Shown here: positions 29,433 to 38,643 of the stretch, in pieces | How the letters are laid out: every line of letters begins with the position of its first letter | Numbering within the stretch: the first letter of the stretch is position 1 | Source of the DNA: a virus | Reading direction: 5' to 3' (one strand) | DNA: 64,000 nucleotides | IMG/VR virus record: IMGVR_UViG_3300025648_000013 | Made by a program: the position numbers and the translations under genes | Notes under the pieces: model-generated | Told to the model about the DNA's origin: nothing | Seen by the model: only the letters and a program-made list of their open reading frames with translations | The model's database searches: none

Positions 29433-29713
29433 AAAGCTTAAGAGAACTTCAAGAAGAAGTCAAAAAGACCCCATGCAAGGTATGTCACGAAGTCAAGTGT
29501 GATTGCAGCAAAGAAGTCAAGGAAGACGTCGAGTACCAAATGGCTCGTACAGAACTTGAAACAGCAAAGCGCGCTTGTGAGAATCTAATGAAGATGCTCA
29601 AAGGTGAAGGCGATCTTCCTGCTTGGGTACAAACAAAGATCGCTAAAGGCTCTGGCATGTTAGATGCTGCTGCTGACTATATGATGTCAGGCAAAGAAAC
29701 GGGCGACGAATAA
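29429..29713 (+). CDS. Conserved hypothetical head-associated protein
   Basis: EYQMA...LPAWVQTKI...ADY. Confidence 0.65.
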   Translation: MKSLRELQEEVKKTPCKVCHEVKCDCSKEVKEDVEYQMARTELETAKRACENLMKMLKGEGDLPAWVQTKIAKGSGMLDAAADYMMSGKETGDE

Positions 29714-30096
29714 TGGAAAGCTTTGCTTCTTTTTGTGAAATGAAAGATGATCCTTGCTGGAAGGGTTATCAGATGGTGGGCAAAAAGAAAAAGAATGGCA
29801 AAGAAGTTCCTAACTGTGTCCCCGTCAAGGAAGATGTTCTTGTAGAGCGCGGCGCAGACTCTAAGGGATACTATCGTTCTACCGAATCTGGTGCTGGATT
29901 GACAGCAAAGGGCGCTAAACACTTTGGTATTCATACTGCCGTTACAAAGAAGCCAAGCGAACTAAATCCTGAAGGCAAAGCAGCGAAGCGCAGAAAATCA
30001 TTTTGTGCTAGAATGAAAGGCAATCCAGGTCCAATGAAAGACGAAAAGGGTCGCCCAACACGCAAAGCAATGTCTCTAAGAAGGTGGCACTGCTAA
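29713..30096 (+). CDS. Conserved phage protein (DUF6321-like)
   Basis: PCWKGY...VPNCV; GLTAKG; KRRKSFCARM...SLRRW.C. Confidence 0.7.
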   Translation: MESFASFCEMKDDPCWKGYQMVGKKKKNGKEVPNCVPVKEDVLVERGADSKGYYRSTESGAGLTAKGAKHFGIHTAVTKKPSELNPEGKAAKRRKSFCARMKGNPGPMKDEKGRPTRKAMSLRRWHC

Positions 30097-30347
30097 TGAA
30101 AAAGTTTAGAGATTTCAGAAGCGATCTAAACGAGACTTCTGGTGCGGCACCAGCAGTGGTGGACGCAGGTCTTGCTAGTGTGATAGATCCCAACACAGGA
30201 AAGCCAGCATCGCCTCCAGTGTACAGGAAAAAGCAAAAAACCTACCAAGAAAAAGAAGCTGATCGCCAGAAAGAATACGCTAAAGGTCCATCACAGATGC
30301 AAAGACGTGTAATGGGTGGAGTAAACATGGGAGGGTTCGGTGCTTAA
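30096..30347 (+). CDS. Small protein with capsid-targeting-like N-terminus
   Basis: MKKFRDFRSDLNE. Confidence 0.55.
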   Translation: MKKFRDFRSDLNETSGAAPAVVDAGLASVIDPNTGKPASPPVYRKKQKTYQEKEADRQKEYAKGPSQMQRRVMGGVNMGGFGA

Positions 30348-30747
30348 CTTTGTTTCAAATCTTTGGAATACTATCAAGGGATTTTCACCTTCTGGTATTC
30401 TTATGTCTTTGGCACCATATGGCATTGCACTATTGATTGGTGTACTTGGATACAACTATGTTTATGATAAAGGATACAATGCAGCTAAGGCACAATGCAA
30501 TGCTGCTGTGATCCAATCTACGGTAGATGCTCAAACGATACAAATAAATAACTTGAAGAAACAACTTTCTGATGAGCAAACCGCTTTACAGAATGCCCAG
30601 ACAAGTAAACAGATTGTCGTCCAGAAAGTTATACAGGCAAAACAGGTGATCGACCATGAAGTACAAGACATTCCTAGCTGCGATGTTGATGCTACCGTTA
30701 TCGGCGTGCTTAACGGCGCCCGCACGACCACCAGTAATAGTAACTAA
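30340..30747 (+). CDS. Inner-membrane spanin (Rz-like)
   Basis: Single N-terminal TM, coiled coil, C-terminal Cys; overlapped by a lipoprotein ORF. Confidence 0.7.
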   Translation: MLNFVSNLWNTIKGFSPSGILMSLAPYGIALLIGVLGYNYVYDKGYNAAKAQCNAAVIQSTVDAQTIQINNLKKQLSDEQTALQNAQTSKQIVVQKVIQAKQVIDHEVQDIPSCDVDATVIGVLNGARTTTSNSN

Positions 30748-30925
30748 TCCTTGCAATCCACCTGTTGCTTTCACAACAAAGCACGGTGACTTGCCAAAGG
30801 TAACACAAACAAAGTTAACAGAAAAACAAGTGATCGATTTGTGGTTAGATGATATTCAATCATATAATGACCTTAATGTTGATCATTCGTCATTGATAGA
30901 CTGGGTTCAGACTCACTGCAAATAA
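30656..30925 (+). CDS. Outer-membrane spanin lipoprotein (Rz1-like)
   Basis: Lipobox LSAC, Pro-rich; overlaps the i-spanin 3' end in another frame. Confidence 0.7.
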   Translation: MKYKTFLAAMLMLPLSACLTAPARPPVIVTNPCNPPVAFTTKHGDLPKVTQTKLTEKQVIDLWLDDIQSYNDLNVDHSSLIDWVQTHCK

Positions 30926-30935
30926 GAGGAATACA

Positions 30936-31286
30936 ATGTCTGATTTAGAAACCAAAGTTGCCGTATTGGAACGCGATATCACACAACTTACAAGTTATTG
31001 TGACAAAATAGACGTAACAATGGAAAAACTCACGGACATTTCCATTTCTCTTAAGGAAATGCTTGCTGTTCATGAACATAAACTTGGGCAACATGCACGT
31101 GCAGATGAAGACCTTTATGCTCTTCACCAGGAAACCAACAAACGAATCGATTCGCTTCATGTTGATCTTACTGGCATCAAAAACAAGCAGGACCTACATA
31201 AGTGGTATTTCACAGCGACAGGCGTTGTGGCTTGCTTTATTCTTTTCAAAATGGGACTTATCCCATTCATGGCACCTTTTCTCTAA
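30936..31286 (+). CDS. Coiled-coil protein with C-terminal TM helix
   Basis: KVAVLE...MLAVHE.K; usual neighbour of gp61. Confidence 0.65.
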   Translation: MSDLETKVAVLERDITQLTSYCDKIDVTMEKLTDISISLKEMLAVHEHKLGQHARADEDLYALHQETNKRIDSLHVDLTGIKNKQDLHKWYFTATGVVACFILFKMGLIPFMAPFL

Positions 31287-31338
31287 AAAACCCTTGACAT
31301 TGGTCTACAGTTGGCGTATTATACAACTGTAGATTCAG

Positions 31339-32376
31339 ATGTATAGGATGAATATGAGTGACTTGTACCTAGATGTTATGTATTGTAATATTCTATCCAA
31401 CAGGCTAGAACGATTCAAAGTAAAGAAGTCTAGCCCATATGTAGCCAACTTTAGGTGCCCGTTCTGTGGTGATTCGCAGAAGAGCAAATACAAAGCCCGT
31501 GCATATTTATTTCAGCACAAGGGCAAGACGTATTTCAAGTGCTACAACTGTGGGCTTGCTCATGGGTTCTCCAACTTCCTTAAGAGCATAGATCATACTC
31601 TACACCACGAATATGTTGTAGAGAAGTTCAAGAACAGGGCTGATATCAAGACCAAAGAACCACCAAAACAAGACATTGCTAGGTTTACACCACCAGCTTT
31701 CCTGAAGTCTGGTTCACCTCTACGTAAGCTGAAGAAGATATCTCAACTGACATACGATCATCCTGCTAAGAAGTATATACTCTCTAGGAAGATCGAAAAC
31801 AAACATCATGCAAAGTTGTTCTACTGCACCAAGTTTGCGGAGTGGACTAACAGCATGATTCCAGATAAGCTGGATACGAAACAAGATGAGTCTAGACTGA
31901 TCATTCCGTTTCTTGATGAAGACGGAAACATGTTTGGCTATCAGGGTAGAAGTTTTAATCCAAAGTCAAATCTACGCTATATAACTATCATGCTGGATGA
32001 CAGGCCAAAGATTTTTGGTCTTGACACTGTTGATAAAAACAAAAGGGTATACTGCTTTGAAGGACCACTCGACGCTACTTTTGTGGCAAACAGTATTGCT
32101 ATGTGCGGCGCTGATGTTACTCTGGATCAATCCTTTGTGGACGTTGTTTACGTTCTTGATAATGAGCCTCGCAATAAAGAAATCGTAAAACGTCTTGACA
32201 AAATGATCGATAAGGGTTATAGTGTAATGATATGGGACGATACGTTCAAGGGCAAAGATATCAATGACATGATTCTGAATGGAGCAGATGTTGAACACAT
32301 CACAATCGTCCTAGAGAAGCGAACATTTAGCGGGCTAGAGGCTCGTGTGGAGTTGATGAAATGGAAGAAAGTATGA
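31339..32376 (+). CDS. 61: DNA primase (T4 gp61)
   Basis: NFRCPFCGDS...CYNC zinc ribbon; GYQGR; EGPLD; DNEPRN; KDINDM. Confidence 0.93.
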   Translation: MYRMNMSDLYLDVMYCNILSNRLERFKVKKSSPYVANFRCPFCGDSQKSKYKARAYLFQHKGKTYFKCYNCGLAHGFSNFLKSIDHTLHHEYVVEKFKNRADIKTKEPPKQDIARFTPPAFLKSGSPLRKLKKISQLTYDHPAKKYILSRKIENKHHAKLFYCTKFAEWTNSMIPDKLDTKQDESRLIIPFLDEDGNMFGYQGRSFNPKSNLRYITIMLDDRPKIFGLDTVDKNKRVYCFEGPLDATFVANSIAMCGADVTLDQSFVDVVYVLDNEPRNKEIVKRLDKMIDKGYSVMIWDDTFKGKDINDMILNGADVEHITIVLEKRTFSGLEARVELMKWKKV

Positions 32377-33059
32377 GCAGCGTTAATCTTGTAGGCATTA
32401 CTCAGCCAGATTACGAAACAACAGGGTGCATCGATGCATCAGAGTTGGTTGCTTGGGCCGCGCGAGTTAGCAATCCTAGTAATCAACAAAATCACGAAAC
32501 TGCTCCAAAACTGCTTCAATATTTAATCAAGAATCAGCATTGGAGTCCCTTAGAATGCGTACATATTAGTATGCGTATTTCTACCACGCGTGACATCGCC
32601 CGACAGATTCTTCGCCATCGTTCGTTCTCGTTTCAAGAGTATAGCCAGCGATATGCTGATCCTACTAAGGACTTGAAGTTCGTTACTCGTGAAGCGCGTT
32701 TGCAGGATCCAAAGAACCGGCAAAATAGTGTTGAGACAGATGATCTAGAATTGGCTTCGATGTGGGAAGATGCCCAAGCCGATGTTCTAATCGCAAGCAA
32801 GAAAGCATATCAGTGGGCTATTGATAATGGTATTGCGAAGGAACAGGCTCGTGGAGTGTTGCCCGAGGGACTTACAGAATCCGTACTAATCCTGTCTGGT
32901 AGTTTAAGGAGTTTTGTCCATTATATTGCGGTCAGGAATCATCCCGATACTCAGAAAGAACATCGTATTGTTGCCGAACAGATTACTGAAGTAATCCTAG
33001 AACGGTTTCCAGATATGCGGGAATATCTGGAAAAGGTCATATCTGATAACTATTCTTGA
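32373..33059 (+). CDS. thyX: Flavin-dependent thymidylate synthase
   Basis: ARVS, HWSPLE, RHRSFSFQEYSQRY, EQAR..LP, TQKEHR. Confidence 0.93.
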   Translation: MSSVNLVGITQPDYETTGCIDASELVAWAARVSNPSNQQNHETAPKLLQYLIKNQHWSPLECVHISMRISTTRDIARQILRHRSFSFQEYSQRYADPTKDLKFVTREARLQDPKNRQNSVETDDLELASMWEDAQADVLIASKKAYQWAIDNGIAKEQARGVLPEGLTESVLILSGSLRSFVHYIAVRNHPDTQKEHRIVAEQITEVILERFPDMREYLEKVISDNYS

Positions 33060-33077
33060 TTCTTTTCGCAGAAAGTA

Positions 33078-33164
33078 ATGAAACACCGTATTATAGCAGA
33101 ACAATGTTGGGAAATCATCACCGAACGGTTCCCTGCTATTGTGGAAGCATTGAAAGATGTGTAA
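33078..33164 (+). pseudogene. Second, displaced copy of the ThyX C-terminus
   Basis: KHRIIAEQCWEIITERFPAIVEALKDV* versus EHRIVAEQITEVILERFPDMREYLEKV in thyX. Confidence 0.75.
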
Positions 33165-33324
33165 GACTTATACCACGACAGTATTTGAAGATGAAGACGG
33201 CGAAGCATACGTTGAAATTCCACTAGACATTCTCAATCAAATGGGATGGGATGAAGAAACTTTGTTAGATTATCATTTACATGATGACGGTTCTGTGATA
33301 CTAAGGAAGAATGATGACACATAA
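33157..33324 (+). CDS. AbrB/MazE-like small DNA-binding protein
   Basis: EDEDGEAYVEIPLDILNQMGWDE...DGSVILRK. Confidence 0.6.
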   Translation: MCKTYTTTVFEDEDGEAYVEIPLDILNQMGWDEETLLDYHLHDDGSVILRKNDDT

Positions 33325-33781
33325 TGAACGAATTGAGATTCTAGGCAAAACTGGTGAAAAGATTGTATCTAACTGGTTAAGTCGAAATGGGCATCTAGTG
33401 GAGATGTCGTTGGACAACTATGATCGAACCAAAGACATGATTGTTGACGGCGATAGGCTGGTTGAAGTTAAGACAGAACAACCCTATGTATACAAGGATT
33501 GCGTTTCTTTTCGTAAAACTCAATTGACAAAGTGTAGCAAGGTAGATGATCTATATGTCGTCACTTCGCCTGCTTTGATTAATCCTAGATATAAGCACAA
33601 TGGAAAGATTTTCAGAATCGATCCAAAGAGTTTTCACAGTTTCTCTTATCGAACCAAGTTTGGTATTGAAATGGTTGGTATTCCATTTGATCAACCTGCG
33701 GTGGAAGAAGTATATGTATTGAGTGAACAGGAAAGGAATGAGTTGATGAAGTATTCTCATTCTGAATATAAGTCTAGGTAG
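33311..33781 (+). CDS. Hypothetical PD-(D/E)XK-like protein
   Basis: G..GE, KD...VEVKT...Q. Confidence 0.55.
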   Translation: MMTHNERIEILGKTGEKIVSNWLSRNGHLVEMSLDNYDRTKDMIVDGDRLVEVKTEQPYVYKDCVSFRKTQLTKCSKVDDLYVVTSPALINPRYKHNGKIFRIDPKSFHSFSYRTKFGIEMVGIPFDQPAVEEVYVLSEQERNELMKYSHSEYKSR

Positions 33782-33792
33782 GAGAATAAGTA

Positions 33793-34005
33793 ATGTCAGT
33801 AAGTTATTCAGCAGTGTTTCTAGCGAATGGTACACAGGTAGGTACTACTACAGGTCAAACATCAGGCATTGACATTCAAGAAGAAATGAATGATGTTGCC
33901 AACTACTTCAGAGGTAATACACTTGGAGTTTCGTCTCTAGGAGTACAAAACTGGGACACTTTGAACATTACAGCGAACAGTCAACAATATACATTCAATA
34001 GGTAA
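33793..34005 (+). CDS. Small hypothetical protein
   Basis: AGGAG RBS. Confidence 0.55.
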   Translation: MSVSYSAVFLANGTQVGTTTGQTSGIDIQEEMNDVANYFRGNTLGVSSLGVQNWDTLNITANSQQYTFNR

Positions 34006-34011
34006 TAATGC

Positions 34012-35619
34012 ATGATTTATGTTTCTAAGCGCGATGGAAGTAAAGAACCACTAGACCTAAACAAGTTCCATCGTGTATGTCAGTTTGCGTGTGAAGGGCT
34101 TTCTGGTGTATCTGTATCAGAACTTGAAATCAAAACAAAGATTCAGTTTCACAATGGCATCACGTCCAAGGACATTCAAGAAACACTGATCAAAGCCGCG
34201 GCTGATCTTATCTCTGAAGAAACACCTAACTATCAATACGTTGCTGGTCGTCTAATCAACTATCAGTTGCGTAAGGAAGTGTATGGACATTATGAACCTG
34301 TATCATTATTTGTTCATTATGGGACCGTAAAAAATGCTGGTTATTATGACAAGGAACTAGATGATTCATATTCAGATGAAGAGTGGATTGAACTTTCCAA
34401 CTACATCGACCATGATCGTGACAATCTTCTTACCTATGCTGCTATGGAGCAGTTTCGTGGTAAGTATCTAATCAAGAATCGTGTTACTGGTCAGTTCTAT
34501 GAAACGCCTCAGATGGCATTCATGTTGATCGCCATGACATTGTTTCAAAACTACAAGAATGACCGTATCAAGTGGGTAAAGGAACTATATGATGCTATCT
34601 CTACATTTGACATTAGCTTGCCTACTCCTATTATGGCTGGAGTTCGTTCTCCTCAGCGTCAGTTTAGTTCTTGCGTGCTTATTGAGTCGGATGATTCTCT
34701 CGACTCGATTAATGCCACATCGTCTGCAATCGTTAAGTACGTTTCTCAGAAAGCTGGAATCGGAATCGGCGGTGGTCGCATTAGGGCTATTGGCTCTCCC
34801 ATTCGCGGTGGGGATGCTGTTCATACTGGCGTTGTACCATTCTGGAAACATTTTCAATCTGCTGTTAAATCGTGTTCGCAGGGTGGCGTAAGAGGTGGTG
34901 CAGCAACCATCTACTATCCTCTTTGGCATCTTGAAGTTGAAGAACTTCTAGTTCTTAAGAACAATAAGGGCACTGAAGACAATCGTATTCGACATATGGA
35001 CTATGGCGTTCAGTTCAATAAGGTGATGTACGAACGACTTCTATCTGGTGGTGTAATCACTCTATTCTCGCCTTCTGATGTGCCTGATCTGTATGAATGT
35101 TTCTTTAATGATAATGACAAGTTTCGTAGTCTCTATGAGAAATACGAACGCAATCCAAAAATCAGAAAGAAGTCTATTCCTGCGATTGATCTATTCTCAG
35201 CTTTCATGCAAGAAAGAAAGGATACTGGTCGAATCTATCTGATGAATGTTGACCATGCTAACGATCATGGTTCATTTGATAAGAAGAAGGCATTGATCAA
35301 GATGAGCAATCTCTGCTGCCTTAGCGGAGATACTTGGATTACGGTTGAGCATTCTGATGGTTCTATAGAAGATATTAAGCTGAAAGATGCTGTAGTTGGT
35401 GATAAAGTTTATAGTAGAAATATCAAGACGGGCAAAAATGAGTTCAAGAATATCAATGCTTCATTGAAAACCAGAGAAGGCGCGAAGGTCATGCGTATCA
35501 CAGACATGGAAACCGGAAACTCTATTGTTTGTACTCCCGACCATCGAGTATACACAAAAAATAGAGGATATGTTGAGGCTAAAGACTTGCTAGAAACAGA
35601 TCAACTGTTAATAGAATAA
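34012..35619 (+). CDS. nrdA: Class Ia ribonucleotide reductase alpha, N-terminal part fused to split intein N-half
   Basis: ATP cone (VSKRDG), PTPIMAG, QFSSC, SQGGVRGG, SNLC; then CLSGDT...CTPDHRVYT..RG.VEA.DL (intein blocks A and B). Confidence 0.93.
   Translation: MIYVSKRDGSKEPLDLNKFHRVCQFACEGLSGVSVSELEIKTKIQFHNGITSKDIQETLIKAAADLISEETPNYQYVAGRLINYQLRKEVYGHYEPVSLFVHYGTVKNAGYYDKELDDSYSDEEWIELSNYIDHDRDNLLTYAAMEQFRGKYLIKNRVTGQFYETPQMAFMLIAMTLFQNYKNDRIKWVKELYDAISTFDISLPTPIMAGVRSPQRQFSSCVLIESDDSLDSINATSSAIVKYVSQKAGIGIGGGRIRAIGSPIRGGDAVHTGVVPFWKHFQSAVKSCSQGGVRGGAATIYYPLWHLEVEELLVLKNNKGTEDNRIRHMDYGVQFNKVMYERLLSGGVITLFSPSDVPDLYECFFNDNDKFRSLYEKYERNPKIRKKSIPAIDLFSAFMQERKDTGRIYLMNVDHANDHGSFDKKKALIKMSNLCCLSGDTWITVEHSDGSIEDIKLKDAVVGDKVYSRNIKTGKNEFKNINASLKTREGAKVMRITDMETGNSIVCTPDHRVYTKNRGYVEAKDLLETDQLLIE
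35317..35616 (+). mobile_element. Split intein, N-half (100 aa)
   Basis: Starts Cys1 CLSGDTWI; block B TPDH; ends at a stop codon. Confidence 0.88.
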
Positions 35620-35683
35620 TCTCTAAAAAGTAAAATATATAAATAGTCATGAAACAACTAAACCTACTATTAGGAAACATTTT

Positions 35684-36385
35684 ATGGCTATTGTATATAA
35701 AATAACAAATAAAACAAATGGTAAAGGTTATGTCGGTTACACTGTTAGAAATTTAGATCAAAGATGGAAAGCTCACCAATCTTCTGTTAGACAGGGCAGT
35801 AAGTTTAGATTTCATTCTGCTATTCGCAAATATGGTGTGGACGATTGGACTTTAGAGATTCTCTTTGAGTCTGATGATGTTGAAGAATGTAAAAGAACAG
35901 AAGAACGTTATATAAAAGAACTTTTTCTGATGGATAATAAGTTTGGATATAATGCTAAGCCAGGCGGTTGTGGTGGATGGATTGTTCCCGATGAAAAATA
36001 CTCACAGTGGCTTTCATTAATGAAAATAAGATCAGATGGGATAAAAAACGGAAATAGCACAAAATACACTAATGATGATTTGGTTGATATTGCCATACAA
36101 GTATTTTATGATTTAGGTAGAATCGTTGGACATTCAGCTTTAGTAGAAGAATGTAAAAAGCGAGACATTAGATTTCCTAAATCATTTAGACCATTTAGAT
36201 TTAATGGTAAATATGAGAACATGATAAAAATCATTGAAGAAAAATCAGGTATGTCGTATAATCCATTCTTTAGATCAGAAGAACATCGTGATAAGTTACG
36301 TCAAGCAAATCTAGGTAAATCCAGTCACAATAAAAATACCAAAGTTATTGTATTAGAAGGTAAAAGAAAACATGTTAAGTATTGA
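35684..36385 (+). mobile_element. GIY-YIG homing endonuclease between the two nrdA halves
   Basis: IVYKITNKTNGKGYVGYT...RWKAH...AIRKYG...E..YI...GYN..GG; late promoter at 35638. Confidence 0.88.
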
Positions 36386-36470
36386 ATATCTGGATCAAAC
36401 AGAAGATGTATATGATATTGAGGTGGAAAAGAACTCAAACTTCTTTGCTAATGGTATTCTAGTACATAAC
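36372..36470 (+). mobile_element. Split intein, C-half (33 aa)
   Basis: VYDIEV...NFFANGILVHN followed by +1 Cys. Confidence 0.9.
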
Positions 36471-37433
36471 TGTGAGATCACCCTTCCCACAACACCACTA
36501 AAGGATATTAATGATGAACAAGGTGAAATATCGTTGTGTACGTTAAGTGCGATTAATTGGGGAAAGATTAGAAAGCCAGCTGACTTCGAAAAGCCATGCA
36601 CCATTGCTGTACGCGCTTTGGATGCCCTACTGGATTATCAGGACTATCCTGTTAGAGCCGCTGAGATTGGTACTCGCAACCGTCGTCCTCTTGGCATCGG
36701 CATCATTAATTTTGCTTATTGGTTGGCTCGTAATGATAGCAATTACTCTAATCCAAATCTCGATCTTGTGCACGAATATGCTGAAGCATGGAGTTACTAT
36801 CTTATCAAAGCCTCGGTCGACCTGGCAGAAGAAGTAAATCCATGTCCTAAGCATGCTGATACGCTTTACTCAAGTGGTATCTTGCCTATTGATACGTACA
36901 AGAAGGAAGTTGACGAGATAGTTCAACCAAACTATAAGATGGATTGGGATAGCCTTGCTCTTCGCGCAGCTACAGTTGGTATTCGTAACTCGACTTTGAT
37001 GGCTCTAATGCCGGCAGAGACATCGGCACAAATTTCAAATTCAACGAATGGTATTGAGCCTCCTCGTGCGTTGGTATCAATCAAGCAGAGTAAAGACGGT
37101 GTTCTAAAGCAGGTTGTTCCTGATATCAAGAAACTAAAGAATAAGTATGAACTACTGTGGGACCAGAAGTCACCAGAAGGTTATCTGAAGATCATGGCAG
37201 TTCTACAGAAGTTTGTTGATCAAGCTATCTCCGTGAACACCTCCTACAATCCAGCGCACTATCCAGATGGTAAGATTCCTTTGTCTGAAATGATCGGGCA
37301 CTTGTTGATGCATTACAAACTCGGAGGCAAAACCCTATATTATTTTAATACCAATGATCAGTCTGGTGAGATTGAAGATTCACTATCACCAGGTAAAGTT
37401 GATGATGAACAATGTGATAGTTGCACTATTTAA
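36372..37433 (+). CDS. nrdA: Split intein C-half fused to ribonucleotide reductase alpha C-terminal part
   Basis: CEITLPT, LCTL, RPLGIG, MPAETS, NGIEP, DQAIS, KTLYY, terminal CDSC. Confidence 0.93.
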   Translation: MLSIEYLDQTEDVYDIEVEKNSNFFANGILVHNCEITLPTTPLKDINDEQGEISLCTLSAINWGKIRKPADFEKPCTIAVRALDALLDYQDYPVRAAEIGTRNRRPLGIGIINFAYWLARNDSNYSNPNLDLVHEYAEAWSYYLIKASVDLAEEVNPCPKHADTLYSSGILPIDTYKKEVDEIVQPNYKMDWDSLALRAATVGIRNSTLMALMPAETSAQISNSTNGIEPPRALVSIKQSKDGVLKQVVPDIKKLKNKYELLWDQKSPEGYLKIMAVLQKFVDQAISVNTSYNPAHYPDGKIPLSEMIGHLLMHYKLGGKTLYYFNTNDQSGEIEDSLSPGKVDDEQCDSCTI

Positions 37434-37545
37434 GGAGTTTTTATTATGCGTTACTGGATCGATATTGACTTTGTTTTAAAAGATGAAACTCATGTTTGGC
37501 GACAAACTTTTCCTGCAAATCAAGTAGAATGGATAGACGAAAGCG

Positions 37546-38643
37546 ATGTCAGTATTCAATAAAAATCGATTTGACGCAACACAACAGACTTGCTTCTTTG
37601 GTGAGAATGTAAACATCGCTAGATATGACAAACAACGCTATCCAATCTTCGAAAAACTAACTGATAAACAACTTGGTTTCTTTTGGCGACCAGAAGAAGT
37701 TGATCTGTCTCGTGATGGCAAAGACTTCAAGGCACTAAATGACCATGAAAAACACATTTTTACCTCGAACCTTAAGCGTCAGATTCTACTTGATTCTGTA
37801 CAAGGTCGGGCTCCTTCGCTTGCTTTCCTCCCTGTGTGTTCGCTACCAGAGTTGGAGACCTGGATCCAAACTTGGGCGTTTAGTGAGACGATTCATAGTA
37901 GATCGTACACTCACATCATTCGCAATGTATACAGTGATCCAAGTAGAGTATTCGATGAGATGCTCAACATCCCAGAAATCTTAGACTGTGCTGGTGATAT
38001 CAGCAAGTATTATGATGATTTGATTACTCTAAACAATACACTTGGTTGTCCAGAATCAGAATATGGTTATACGCCAAAGTATCGATATGATCACAAGAAA
38101 GCATTATGGCTATGTCTCAATGCTGTCAATGCATTAGAAGGAGTTAGATTCTATGTCTCATTCGCATGCTCTTGGGCATTTGCTGAAGTCAAGAAAATGG
38201 AGGGCAATGCTAAGATCATTAAACTCATTGCCCGCGACGAGAACGTTCACCTTGCCTCAACTCAAAACCTCCTCAAGATTCTACCGAAAGAGGATGAAGA
38301 CTTTGCGAGAATACGGGAAGAGACACGGGCTGATTCCATTGATATCTTTCAGCGAGTTATCGATCAAGAGAAGAAGTGGGCACACTATCTCTTTCATCAG
38401 GGATCTATGATTGGTCTTAATGAACAACTACTTTGTGATTATGTTGATCATATTGCTGCAAAGCGTATGGGAACGATTGGTCTAAATGGTAAAGCTGGTC
38501 TTAATCCTCTACCATGGACTGCTAAATGGATTAGTGGTTCTGATGTACAAGTAGCGCCGCAACAAACGCAGATTACCAGTTACGTTTCTGGCGGAGTTAA
38601 TAAAGACGTAACTGAAGAAACGTTCAAAAGTTTTACCCTATAA
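37546..38643 (+). CDS. nrdB: Class Ia ribonucleotide reductase beta subunit with Q340/Q342 where Glu is conserved
   Basis: FFWRPEE, LDSVQGR, ETIHSRSY, LEGVRFYVSF, RDENVH; tail VAPQQTQITSY. Confidence 0.93.
   Translation: MSVFNKNRFDATQQTCFFGENVNIARYDKQRYPIFEKLTDKQLGFFWRPEEVDLSRDGKDFKALNDHEKHIFTSNLKRQILLDSVQGRAPSLAFLPVCSLPELETWIQTWAFSETIHSRSYTHIIRNVYSDPSRVFDEMLNIPEILDCAGDISKYYDDLITLNNTLGCPESEYGYTPKYRYDHKKALWLCLNAVNALEGVRFYVSFACSWAFAEVKKMEGNAKIIKLIARDENVHLASTQNLLKILPKEDEDFARIREETRADSIDIFQRVIDQEKKWAHYLFHQGSMIGLNEQLLCDYVDHIAAKRMGTIGLNGKAGLNPLPWTAKWISGSDVQVAPQQTQITSYVSGGVNKDVTEETFKSFTL

Noticed and set aside
35620-36371. Group I intron interrupting nrdA
   Set aside because: Both halves carry intein motifs with their own stop and start; the short spacers leave no room for a ribozyme core.
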